Assembly: GCF_006345805.1 (NCBI RefSeq)
Contig: NC_043004.1
Span: 105,648,001-105,712,000 of the forward strand
Direction of reading: 5' to 3'
Source of the DNA: Octopus sinensis
Taxonomy: Eukaryota
Length of the DNA stretch: 64,000 nucleotides
The notes below the pieces were generated by a model that was not told where the DNA came from, ran no database searches, and was given only the letters and a program-made list of their open reading frames with translations. Every line of letters begins with the position of its first letter. Position 1 is the stretch's first letter. The translations under genes were made by a program, and so were the position numbers. Positions 26,845-39,500 of the stretch are shown here, one piece after another.

Positions 26845-27250
26845 GCGCAGGAGTGGCTGTGTGGTAAGTAGCTTGCTTACTAGCCACATGGTTCTGGGTT
26901 CAGTCCCACTGTGTGACACCTTGGGCAAGTGTTTCCTACTATAGCCTCAGGCCGACCAAAGCCTTGTGAGTGGATTTGGTAGACGGAAAGTGAAAAGAAG
27001 CCCATCATATATATATGTATATATGTATATGTATGTGTCTGTGTTTGTCCCCCCAACATCGCTTGACAACCGATGCTGGTGTGTTTACGTCCCTGTAACT
27101 TAGCTGTTCGGCAAAAGAGACCGATAGAATAAGTACTAGGCTTACAAAGAATAAGTCCTGGGGTCGATTTGCTTGACTAAAGGTGGTGCTCCAGCATGGT
27201 CACAGTCAAATGACTGAAACAAGTAAAAGATTAAAAGAGTAAAAGAGTAA
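26845..27250 (+). mobile_element. tRNA-derived SINE, family A, full length
   Basis: As for the other family A copies. Confidence 0.88.
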
Positions 27251-27374
27251 TGCAGCAAGACATCTTTGGAGGACCAAGACAACTTTAGAGCACCTTGGCC
27301 CAAGCTGCTGAGCAGTGGGACTGAACCCAAAAGCATATAGTTGCAAAGTGAGCTTCTTAAGCACACAGCCATCT

Positions 27375-27561
27375 TTTATCTTTTACTTATTTCGCTCATT
27401 AGATTGTGGCCATGCTGGGGCACCACCTTGAATTAGTTGAATGAATTAACTCCAATACTTATTTTTTAAGCCTAGTACTTATTCTATTGGTCTCTTTTGC
27501 TGAACCACTAAGTTACATGTATGTAGATACACTATCAGTGGTTGTCAAACAGTGCTGGGGA

Positions 27562-27619
<58 letters not shown>

Positions 27620-27835
27620 TACACACACATACACACACACATACACACACACATACACATACACACGCACACACACACACACGCACACAAATACGATGGG
27701 TTTCTGTCTGCCAAATCCACTCACAAGGCTTTGGTCAGCCTAAGGCTAAAGTAGAAGACATTTGCACAAGGTGCCATTCAGTGGAACTGAACCTGGAACC
27801 ATGTGGCCGGGAAGCAAGCTTCTCACCACACAGCC
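27375..27835 (-). mobile_element. tRNA-derived SINE, family A
   Basis: Reverse complement of family A with an internal CA tract. Confidence 0.8.
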
Positions 27836-28500
27836 TTGGTAGTGCAGTAGGCGGTACATCAGTCTTATAATCCAAAGCTAACACAGCCACATCAAATATA
27901 TTTTCAGAAATTGTGCAGCACCACTATATTTTAGAAGCATTTTTGGGTCTTTACTTACACAAGCGCAGTATACATAGATTAGGGGTTCCTAAGTCTAATG
28001 TATCCCTGAGCGACCATCCCTTTAGCCCATTCCTTGAGATGGCATCAACTTGAATCAAATGTCAATGGATTTAAATTATTTTACTGTTATTGTTCCACAG
28101 TCGACTTACACTGAAATAGATTTGAAACTGTTTATCTCTGTTTTAGTTTGTATTTTATGACATTCATAGGCCAGAATTTGGAATATCAATGTTTAAAAAT
28201 GTTTGTCATTTATCACTGAGTGGAAAAAATGCATGAATCGGCACGTGATTTTTCTGACTAATCAACACCAATTATAACTCTGCAATCACACCATGGCTGT
28301 AGTTTATTTGATGTAGACAGATAAATGTATACTGTACATTCAGACACATCCAATCATGCATATATATATATATTCATATGTAATACAATATGTGTGTGTG
28401 CATGTATATATAATATGTGTAATATGCATCTACATACATACATACATATATACATACATATGTATACATACATACACATATATCTATATTTGTATATATC

Positions 28501-28925
28501 AAGCGCAGAAGTGGCTGCGTGGTAAATAGCTTGCTTACCAACCACATGGTTCCCAGTTTAGTCCCACTGCATGACACCTTGGGCAAGTGTCTTCTCCTAT
28601 AGCCTCGAGCCGACCAAAGCCTTGTGAGTGGGTTTGGTAGTTGGAAACTGAAAGAAGCCCGTCGTATATATATTTGTGTGTGTGTCTGTGTGTGTGTGTG
28701 TGTGTGTGTATATGTTTGTGTGTCTGTGTTTGTCACCCCCACCATTACTCAAAAACCAATGTTGGTGTGTTTATGTCCCAGTAACTTAACGGTTTGGCAG
28801 AAGAGACTGTTAGAATAAGTACTAGGCTTACAAAGATTCTTTGTCTGGTGGTCGATTTGTTTGACTAAAGACTGTGCTCCAGTATGGCCACAGTCAAATG
28901 ACTGAAACAAATAAAAGAATTAAAG
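28501..28925 (+). mobile_element. tRNA-derived SINE, family A
   Basis: As for the other family A copies. Confidence 0.85.
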
Positions 28926-28958
28926 AATATCAACATATGTATACATATACATACATAC

Positions 28959-29008
<50 letters not shown>

Positions 29009-29894
29009 ATATGTATATACATGTGTGTGATAATAGACATACATGCACACATGCACTCACACATATACACACACACGCATTTACATTCAGATATTTGCAT
29101 TCATAGATTAGCATAACTATGCAATCAAAAATATACGTCCATGCATTCAATTACTTACTTACAGAGGCACACGTACCAACCAATTACTGGTAAAAGGAGA
29201 GTCACTGCTTACAAACCCATTTGACCAATTTGCATATGTAACACATTCTTGGTAGTTAGTTTGATTCATAAATTACTGGTGAGTCAGCAGAAATTTGCTC
29301 CATTGAAATATTACAGAATATATCTAAAGATTTTAGCCTCTACAGAATTGGGACTCATCTTAGCTAATCTGTCTTTTGTCTGTACACAAAGACATTGCAG
29401 ATAAAGACAAGGTATTTATGTCTGTCTTTACATGGCTAAACTCTATGGATATATTCTGTTATTCACACACACCTGATTCCGTGTTAGGTAATATTTTGCT
29501 ATGGTAAGATGGTGAGCTTGCAGAACCGTCAGTGTGCTGAACAAAGTGCATTGTAGCATTTCAGCCATCTTCACAGTCTGAGCTGAAATTCCACTGAGGT
29601 CGACTTTGCTTTCATCCTTTTGAGATTGATGAAATAAGTACCAGTTGAGCCCTGAGGTTGAGGCAATTGACTTCCACTCGCCCCCAAAATTGCTGGCCTT
29701 GTGCCAAAATTTGAAACCAATATGTGTAACTTCTATCAAATGTGCTGAGTACTACTTTCGTTTGTTTTTGGTACACAAACATATGAATGGTATGGACGGA
29801 GGGCTTTTGTTATGGATCTGTCCAACAAGCAAGGCCACACTAATAACTTGCCTCCTGAATTGTGTTGTTGTTTAAGTAATATTTTAAAGTTATA

Positions 29895-30451
29895 TTCGGT
29901 TGTCCGGAAAGTTCATGCTTATTTATAGTAGCTTATCTTTCGACTTATTTTAGAACATGGATGAGTCCATAAAATAGGATTTGACTACACCTCCATTTAG
30001 AGCACCATTTAAGCTATCTTTGCGTGGAAGAAGGTTTATGTTCCTATAACCTGTGTTAATTCTGTAACCCTTTAAAATGGAAGATAAGAAAGTTCATTTG
30101 ATGCTTTGGGAACCAGACAAAAATTGCTGCAGCTTGGCTGGGATGTGTTACCTTACCCTCCATATTCACCAGATATTGCTCCTTCGGATTTCCACTTATT
30201 CAGGTCTCTGTAGAATAGTCTGAATGGTAAAAATTTCAATTCCTTGGATGACGTAAAAAGATACCTTGATGAATTCTATGCCATGAAACCACCTCAATTC
30301 TGGGAAGAGAGTATTTTCAAGTTAAAGGAAAGATGGAGATGCATTGTGCAAGAAAATCGTTCATATTTGGTTAATTAAAAATGTAATGGCAAGTATTTAT
30401 CGACCTTTTTCTTTCCTTTAAAAATTGGCACGAACTTTCCGGACAACCCAA
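29895..30451 (+). mobile_element. Internally deleted mariner (557 bp), second subfamily
   Basis: TIRs TTCGGTTGTCCGGAAAGTTCATGC / GCACGAACTTTCCGGACAACCCAA, TA flanks; start MEDKKVH joined to QKLLQLGWDVLPYPPYSPDIAPSDFHLFRSL. Confidence 0.92.
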
Positions 30452-31857
30452 TATATATTTCATGCACAATATGACATAGTTAAAAGAGCTGAAATAAATC
30501 TAAATGTTACAAAGCCAGTGTGAATTAAGAATATAAACACAATATTTTTATACTGTTGATGTGTAGAAAAAGAAGATGTAGGGAGTCTCCTGATGGACTG
30601 TTTCAGGGTTTGATAAGCCCTCCTCAGAGAAGATGTACCTAGATTCCTTTCCCAATCAACAGCATAAATCAGTTGTTATATAAAGCAGCCATGGATTAGG
30701 CTAGCACCATAGTGAATGGCCTAATTTGCACATTATTGCTTTTGGTGGCACATCATTAATTAGATAATATTTGTTTTTATGCACAACTGAATATAAATCA
30801 GAAGAACTAAAATAAATTTAAGTGACATAGTGTGTCAGGTATGAAATAACAATGATATACAGCCATGGTAATGTGAAAGGACATGGGTTTAGTGATTGGG
30901 GTTTTTCACTCGTGATTACCGGGTCATAATTTTGATTCCAAGTCTTGGTGATGCACTGTGTTCTTGAATAAAACACTTCATTTCCTGTTGCTTCAGGCCA
31001 CTCAGCTGTGGAAGAGTACCCTTATGATGAACTGGCACCCCATTCAGTAGGAAGAGTGTGGTTTCAGTTACTTATCCCCCATGGAAACCAGGTAACTGAC
31101 CCTGAGAGTCTAGGACTTATGGCAATACTTCTTACTGATATGGTACCAGTGGTTTAATGGATGTGAAAATTGCACACAAAAGAAAATATTTGTAAACAAC
31201 TACTTCAAAATATCTATCTTCTGTACTCAGATTATGAATTTGGTCATGTTTATTAAAAGTTTAGGTAAGGATCTCTTTGAAAATATTATCTGCGCAGTCA
31301 ATCTATATAAGCAATGCAGTGAAAATATGCAAGACATATTTAAAATTCAATGTGTAACTGTATATAGTTATTTTTTATGTCTAAATTCCATTGAAAATTG
31401 ATAGGACCTTATTTACAAAACGAATTCAAAGAATTAAGAAAAAAGAACTTACATGCATGTCTAAATACATCATCATCATCATCATCATCATTTAGCGTCC
31501 GCTTTCCATGCTAGCATGGGTTGGACGGTTCAACTGGGGTCTGTACATATACACATATATACATGCATGCATACATAAATAGATAGATAGATTGATACAT
31601 AAATATATACATATGTATATATAGATAGATATATAGATATATGCATATAGCATAAAGGCAGAAACATATACATCACTAAAGTGGCAAAGGGCACTAATCA
31701 GCACCAGCGTTGCTAGAAATAAGTGTTAAAATAACTCTATAGCCACAGAAGTGTTATCTTTATGACTGACAAGGCAGACATATATATATATTTATATATG
31801 TGCATGTGAATATATCTTTATACACACACACACACACGCACACACATACACATGCAT

Positions 31858-32268
31858 TCTTTATTCTTTTATTCTTTTACTTGTTTCAGTCATTTGACCA
31901 TGGCCATGCTGGAGCACAGCCTTTAGTTGAGCAAATCGACCCCAGGACTTATTCTTTGTAAGCCTAGTACTTATTTTATCAGTCTGTTTTGCCAAACCGC
32001 TAAGTTACAGTAGCATAAACACCCCAGCATCAGTTGTCAAGCAATGTGGGAGGGGACAAACATACACACATACACACACACACACATATATATATATGTA
32101 TATATATGATAGGCTTCTTTCAGTTTCCGTCTACCAAATCCACCCACAAGGCTTTGGTGGACCCGAGGCTATAGTAGAAGACACTTGCCCAAGGTGCTAC
32201 ACAGTGGTACTGAACCCAAAACCATGTGGTTGGTAAGCAAGCTACTTACCACACAGTCACTCCATATA
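31858..32268 (-). mobile_element. tRNA-derived SINE, family A
   Basis: Reverse complement of family A. Confidence 0.85.
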
Positions 32269-33459
32269 TACACAAGCACTTACACACACACATACATTTC
32301 CATTCATACATATATATACACACTTCCATCCATGCATATACACACACACATTCATCTTAAGTTCTTTAATTCATTATAGCTATCATTGTTGCCATGCTAT
32401 GCATTGTTATGCACACATATACACATACATACATTTATAATAGTTGTTTATTTTCTTAATCAATTCTCTATAACTGTCAGTTAGAAGGCATCTAGACAAA
32501 ATAAATCTGAAAACTCCAAGAATAGAATATACATGCATATATATATGCATATATGTTGTATGTACCCACACAGATATAGATCTCTAAAGTGGAAAATAGA
32601 TTCATGCATACAATGCATATGAATATACACTCACATACTTACATATGCATATTCAGATATTTACGTACCAACATGACTACGCGGTTGATGGCTAAATTCC
32701 AATGACGGAACCTTGTTCCTGGGTTTGAGAGAAGTTTTAAGAATAAAACTATAAGAATGTTCATACATAAGAATATAGTATATATATAAGAATATAAGTT
32801 CTATTAGAGCTCCAAGCTGACCAATACTTTGTGAGTGAATTTGGTAGAGTGGAGAAGTATAAAGTCTGTTGTGTATACATGTATCTGTGTGTGTGTGTTC
32901 GTTTATATATGCATGAGTCTATTGAATGCTTTGTAGTTTAAACCCTGTGCTTTGTATGAAGAAACTCTGAACCATTGTCAGAGATATTTGTTGATATTTT
33001 TCTGTCAACAATTCATGCCCTAGCTCTGTGTTTTCAAAGATGACAAGAATGATCACTCTATCACTCTCTTACTTGAAAGGCTGGTATGAGTTAGGGACTG
33101 GAATGGCATCCTGCTGTAAAAACAATGCTTCAATAATTTGCATCCTTTTCACCCCTGTTAGCATGGAAAAATAGGCATAAAATAAACAAATAAAGCATTA
33201 GTAAATTTGATTTATTTTATTAAATATTTGAATAGGAATAACAAAAATCTGTGAAGAAAAATAACAACATCTCTGTAAATAAAATCAGGCAAGGCACAAG
33301 CATGACTGAATGGTAAGAAGCTTGCTTACCAACTGCATGGTTCTGGGTTCAGTCCCACTGCCTGGAATTTTGAGCAAGTGTCTTCTACTATAGCCTGAGG
33401 TCAACCAAAGCCTTGTGAATGGATTTGGTAGATGGAAACTGAAAGAAGCCCATCGTATG

Positions 33460-33549
<90 letters not shown>

Positions 33550-33989
33550 ATGTATGTATTTGTGTGTCTGTGCTTGTCTCCCCACCATTGTTTGACAACT
33601 GATGTTGGTATGTTTATGGGGGCAGCACCACTTTGGGTCTGCTATAGGCAATATGTAATTTCTGTGGTGAGCCCGGGGGTGGTAAGCTGAAGGGCCACCC
33701 TGGGTGGTACACATTCTAACTATGCTAGTGGACAAAGAGTTTATCTTATATCATTGATGTTTTACTTGTTTCAGTCATTGGGTAACAGCCATGCTGGGGC
33801 AAAACCTTGAAGGGTTTAGTTAAACAACACAACCTCAGTATTTCCATGTTTTTAAGTCTGGTCCTCATTGTGTTGGTCACTTTTGTTGAAACTGTTAAGT
33901 TACAGGGATGTAAACTAACAAACACTGGTCATCACATGTTAAATAAAAACTAAAGCCACCTTCTTGAGTCATATCAACTTGTAAGAATT

Positions 33990-34322
33990 AGCACTTCCTT
34001 CTCTAAGCTTGGATTCGAAATCAGACCCAAGAACCATTGGTCGTAAAATACCAATGCACAAAAAGGCGCCAAATCAGAATCTCTTTGTTCTGACAAAAAA
34101 TGATGGATCGACCTCTGACCTGAGCAGGTCAGACGAAGTTTAACAGGATGACCAGCGACCTACTTTAATGATAACTCTCTTGCGATATATCTATTTTTCT
34201 GGCTATTTGAGATTTTATAAATAGAACGGAGAAATAGATACCAGAAGAGAGAACCCGAACCAACGCTTAAGAGAACGCCACGCATTTATGAGGACAACGG
34301 AAGAATATTCAGAAAGGTGACT
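33990..34322 (+). promoter_or_regulatory. Candidate Pol II promoter and short first exon
   Basis: 13 CpG in ~290 bp; ETS-like CACTTCC at 33992, ATTGG at 34036, CCAAT at 34051, E2F-like GCGCCAAA at 34066, TATAAATA at 34216, ATG at 34288, AG|GTGACT donor at 34317. Confidence 0.35.
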
Positions 34323-34857
34323 CTGTCCTGCATGATTTACACACACACACACACACACCATCAAACATATTCTGCTTTAATGTGTATCATGTATTATGCA
34401 TTCCTTTAATATGTATTATTTGCAACCACTATTTAATATGCATTTTGTACAAGCGATGTGTAGCATTGCTTACAAATTGATGTAGTGAAAATAAATCTTT
34501 AATTTATTACAAAACACTTATGTATTTATTAATACATCCACGCATCCACTACAAACTCATTAGGGCTGGTTTCCTGGTTTCCATGGCGTATAGACTCCTC
34601 ACCAGGATGGGACTCCAGTCTGTCACAGGATAACTCATTTTTGCAAGCAAAGTGGACCAGAGCAACATGAAATTATGTGTTTTGCTCAAGAACACACCGC
34701 ATTGTCTGAACCAGGAATCAAAACCACAGCCTTATGATCATGAATTCAACACTCTAACCACTAAGCCATACGCTTCCAAGTTGTGGGGATGGGGAGCAAA
34801 CACAAAGATACACTTGCAAACACACACACAAATGCACACACATTCTCACAAACACAT

Positions 34858-35020
34858 ATTGGGTTGTTGACACTAGATTTCAAGCACTTTAATAAGTAGC
34901 TAATTTTCCGCTGTGCTTTGTGCATGCACACTTCTTAGATACTTGACACTTCAATAGTTCAACATAAACTTGCAATGAGATAGGTTGTTGCCTAAAAAAA
35001 TGAACAAATTTTTGGCCAAC

Positions 35021-35026
<6 letters not shown>
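34858..35026. mobile_element. mariner-type MITE/TIR remnant
   Basis: Right end TTTTGGCCAACCCAATA is a mariner TIR type; left TATTGGGTTG is partial. Confidence 0.45.
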
Positions 35027-35058
<32 letters not shown>

Positions 35059-36411
35059 AGCACTCCATCAGTTGCAACGATGAGGGTCCCAGCTGATACG
35101 ATCAACGGAACAGCTTGCTTGTGAAATTAATGCGTAAGTGGCTGAGTACTCCACAAACATGGAGCAGTTTCTACTGATGTCCAACCACATTTGAGCCGGT
35201 GATGCCAGTGCATCATCATCATAAACTTCTTTCATCTCATCATTGGTGTACAACCTTTCAAGTATAAGAACCTGGTCACTGATCTGCATTCAGTTGCCTC
35301 CATTATAACATTATAGCAAGTAATTGTGCCTCAGTGGATAAGAGCATGATTACCTTCCGTTTAGAAAAAAAAAGGTTTCTGTTTCAAATCTGGTCAGGTA
35401 CAATTTACTAATCCAGGAAAAATCTCCATTTTGATTCATGCAAATCAAAATATAATGGTAGATATAAATATATTTTTTAATTTGTTCCTCTCAAAAGTTG
35501 TGGATAACAATCAGACAGATTATAATCTTATGAACAGCCAATTCATTACAGCCATTTTGAATATTTAATCTTGTTCCCCTATCATGCTTGAGCCTTCAAC
35601 ATTTGGCGTAAAACTACCTCATCTTCTCTCAATTACACTTTCACTTAGCCAAGGTGGCTTTTGTCTTTTTCTTTCTTTACATTGTCTAGCAAGTCACTTG
35701 GGGACCTTACAAGTATTGGGGTTATGAAAAAAGTACCCTGCACACACTGTAAAATGGTTGGCACTGGGTAGGGCTTCCAGTCATAGAAACCAAGCCAACG
35801 CTGACATGGATGTCTGGTGCTGCTCTGCAGCTCAATAGACCCTGTCAGACAGTCCAACTCATGCCAGCATGGAAAACAGAGGTTAAATGATGATAATGAG
35901 GACGACGATGATCTTGTTGAAGATTTGAACTAAGTATCACAAGGTTCAAAAACTTATCTAATGCTGAGCAAGCAATTGTTTTCTTGCTTTGAATAAATGG
36001 CAAAAAGAAAATAGCTGAAGGATTCTAAAAACATTTGCCCCATTTATATATAGCTTTCCTTTTTTTATAAAGAACTTCTACAAATTTCTGAAATTCCTTT
36101 TCCATGAAGATCTAATCGTACCCCCACCCCACCCGCCAAAAAAACCCCTAAAATTTTTAACTACAGAATAACAGAAGTTGATGGATAACAAGGGGTTCTA
36201 ATATGGTAAGGAAGGTGTGCTGCCAGAGGAGAAGGAAATTGTTAAAACTGGCCAGCTTTTGTTTTTTGTTTGGTGGTGGTGGTGGTGGTGGTGGTGGTGG
36301 TGGTATTAAGTGTTTTTGTGTATGTGTGTGTGTATATATATGTATATATCTATAACTATATATAAATATATATGTATGTGTATATATATCATCATCATCA
36401 TCATTTAGCGT

Positions 36412-36450
<39 letters not shown>

Positions 36451-37336
36451 TAGATAGATATGTAGGTAATAAATAGATAGATAGATAGATAGATATGCAA
36501 TTTAGATTTAGTGTGCCTGTATGTATGTATATATATATGTAGATATATAGATATATAGATAGATAGGTAGATAGATAATAGATAGATAGGTAGGTATATA
36601 GATAGATAAATAGATAGATAGATAGATACATACATACATACGCAGGCACACACACATGCACACACACACACACACACACATACAATATTCATAGAATGCA
36701 TGCATACACATTTATATATGTGTATACATCCTTACATACCATGATATTGAAAAGAGAGAGAGAGAGAGAAACTGATGAAGAGATTATTCAAATAAACAAA
36801 GCCTACGAGGGGGAACACAGATGGAAGATGACTAATTCTTTATTTCAAGTTTATTCATGTGTTATACATATATACGTGTGTGTCTTTTATACACACACAC
36901 ACACATGCACACAGAGTCACTTCAGTAACAGAAGTTCAGACTGATGTAGGGGTTTATATAAAACTCCGCCCTTGGCACGATAGCTTCATATGTTTTGAAA
37001 TGTTTAATGTGTTTAATGACAAACTTTTGTAAATTACGTCTGATCTAACTTTTGATATTACATTCTGGAATTATTTGCATGGCTGCCCCTGCTTTACGGC
37101 TTGGTTCCATTTGGTCCCATCCGGTCCCCATCCCCCCATACCATGTGTTAGCAATCATCTATGTTATTCAGGTACGTGGGTACGAGTGTGTCAGTTTATG
37201 ATCACTAAGGAGAAGAATGCTACTTCAACAAAAAAATTTTTTGCTAATCTAAGGAATGAAAATTAAATATAATAACAATTATATTTATAAAGACACAGCT
37301 ATGTATGTGTGTGCGTGTGGTGTGTGTGTGTGTATG

Positions 37337-37367
<31 letters not shown>

Positions 37368-37765
37368 TGTGTGTGTGTGAGTAAGCACACTGCAGTTATA
37401 GGGTAAGAGGACGTGGCAAAAACTGAATATGTACTAAAAACACACATCCGTATGTTTACCTTACATTTCTTCATGTACACACATAATACAATTGTGTGTC
37501 TGTGTGTATATGTGTGCTTGTGTGTGTATGTATATATATATATATATTATATATACATAATACATACATACATACATACATACACACACACATATATAAT
37601 ATATATGTGTGTGTGTGTGTGTGCATGTGAATATATATATGTTCAAGAGAGACAGAGACAGGCAGAAACAAGGAAAATGCCCCTTGTATCTGAATACTAT
37701 GAAAATATTCTTTTAAAAAAACTTTTCTTTTAATTTTTCCAAAATTTAGTTGTTTTCTATACTTA

Positions 37766-37801
37766 CAGTCGAAAAAGTCTCAATGGCTGAAACCGGTACT
37801 G
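37766..37801 (+). ncRNA. Decayed minimal hammerhead ribozyme relic
   Basis: CAG-TCGAAAA-AGT ctcaatg GCT-GAAAC-CG-GTA-CTG: stems I-III present, CUGANGA core mutated. Confidence 0.5.
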
Positions 37802-37869
37802 AAATGTTTTTTATAAAATTATTTTAGCATTTTATATCTTGACTTTTTTTCCATTTGTATGTATATATA

Positions 37870-38092
37870 TCATCATCGTCGTTTAACGTCCGCTTTCCAT
37901 GCTAGCATGGGTTGGACGATTTGACTGAGGACCAACGAACCAGATGGCTGCACCAGAGTTTCTACAGCTTTATGCCCTTCCTAACACCAATCACTCCGAG
38001 AGTGTAGTGGATGCTTTTTATGTGCCACCGGCATGGGGGCCAGTCAGGCGGTACTGGCAATGACCTCGCTCAAATCTTTTTACACGTGCCAG
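37870..38092 (-). mobile_element. RTE 3'-tail copy
   Basis: Reverse complement of the tail shared with 15.7-15.9 kb. Confidence 0.82.
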
Positions 38093-38249
38093 TGAAGACT
38101 GATTCGTTTTGCCCCAAAATGAATCAGTAGCAATGCAGACTTCAACACGATGGGTTGGGGCTCTCTATCATAGTAACACGTGCTGAGGAATGTTAGAGTA
38201 TTATGCCAGTCCAGAAACCAGTCCACACGAGTCCAAACTACCTGCATCA

Positions 38250-38510
38250 ACTTGCTATAAATGCAGATAATAATTTTACCTAGTACCTTATTCTTAGTGC
38301 AAGGTTTGAAGAGTGCAATTCAGTTTTAACAGTTGTTTTTTCAAGGCTATAATGGAAGTGATAAAGGAGCATATTTGGCACATTTTGCTCTATGAGTTCA
38401 ATAAAGGTAACAACGCAACAGAACGTGCAAGGAATATTAATGCAATATATGAGGATTGGGCAATAAGTGTAAGCCAGTGTCAATGGTGGTTCTGGAAATT
38501 ACAGCCAAGT
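38250..38510 (+). mobile_element. mariner 5' fragment (transposase N-terminus), third copy
   Basis: From ATG 38352: MEVIKEHIWHILLYEFNKGNNATERARNINAIY...QCQWWF, homologous to 22565 onward. Confidence 0.8.
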
Positions 38511-38899
38511 TTACACTATCACATATACATACATGTGTGCATAGTGTAATCTTATAGTGTAACCTTGCATAACGTTAAACTTGGCCAAAACAAAAATTCT
38601 TAGTAAAATATTTGGAAGAACAGAAAACAATTGATCTCAATAATATTACAACAGCTTAGGTATTCTCTTTTACACTTATCTTCAGCTTTATGTATGTATG
38701 TATGTACGTATGTACGTACATACGTATATATGTATGCATGTATGTATGTATGTATGTATGTATGTATGTATGTATGTATGTATGTATGTATGTATGTGGA
38801 AAGAAAGAACACAGTACTATCATAACGAGAGATCTATAGAAACGGAATGTTAGTATGGTAGTTCCCTTTTAGTAAGCAGCAGAAAGTGGTTCAAACAGA

Positions 38900-39500
38900 C
38901 TTAATTAGATATTTCAGGATGATTCCTTGTAAATTCATCAAAAGTTATTCCATCACAGTGAAATCAAATTGGTAAACAAGTGGAGGCTTTGCCAAAAGTA
39001 TGCAAGAGATATGGGAGATGTAAAAATCAGGATTTAATTTGGATCATCAGCAATACTATCACAGATCAGGAATAATCCTTGATCTTATGTTCTTGTAAAT
39101 CCCTGAATCGCTAAATGATTTTCAATGGTCTTTGAAAGGGGTACCAGACGTTGAGTTCTTTCTTGATGAATAATGTTCACTTCAGTATACGAGCTTATGG
39201 AAGGTAAGTTAAAGTATTCAGAGAACTTCTGCAATGATAAGGAGAATGATACCTGGAGCTTGGGATAATTCTTTGCTCACGTTTCTTTTGTTTATTCTCT
39301 TTTATCCGTAAGATGAAACTTTAAATTGCAGAAACAAGATCTTCATGAGAAATCTCTCTTGTAACATCTTTCATTTTGTGTAATAAGTGGCCTTAGGCAA
39401 CTTAACATTGCTAGTGGTTTCTGGAACCACTGTTTTCTTTTCTTTTCTCTTCTTTCATCATATAATATTCAATGTTGTGAGCCTCCATCACAATCACTAG
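38900..39500 (-). pseudogene. Ancient MULE (Mutator-like) transposase fossil
   Basis: Minus frame with few stops: LPSISS...RLVPLSKTIENHLAIQGFTRT*DQGLFLICDSIADDPN*ILIFTSPISL resembles the animal MULE segment FLLYDSG.DD.NRILIF upstream of the first catalytic D. Confidence 0.5.

Noticed and set aside
32700-32740. ATGACGG-AACC..GGTT-TGAGA hammerhead-like string
   Set aside because: Both core motifs are mutated and there is no stem III or cleavage triplet.
35068-35289. 73-aa minus-strand ORF (MQISDQVLILERLYTND...)
   Set aside because: The C-terminal half is SINE sequence, no family was recognised and there are no clear splice sites.
36167-36205. 39-nt segment with an acceptor and a GTAAGG donor
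   Set aside because: Stops in all three frames; no support as a coding exon.
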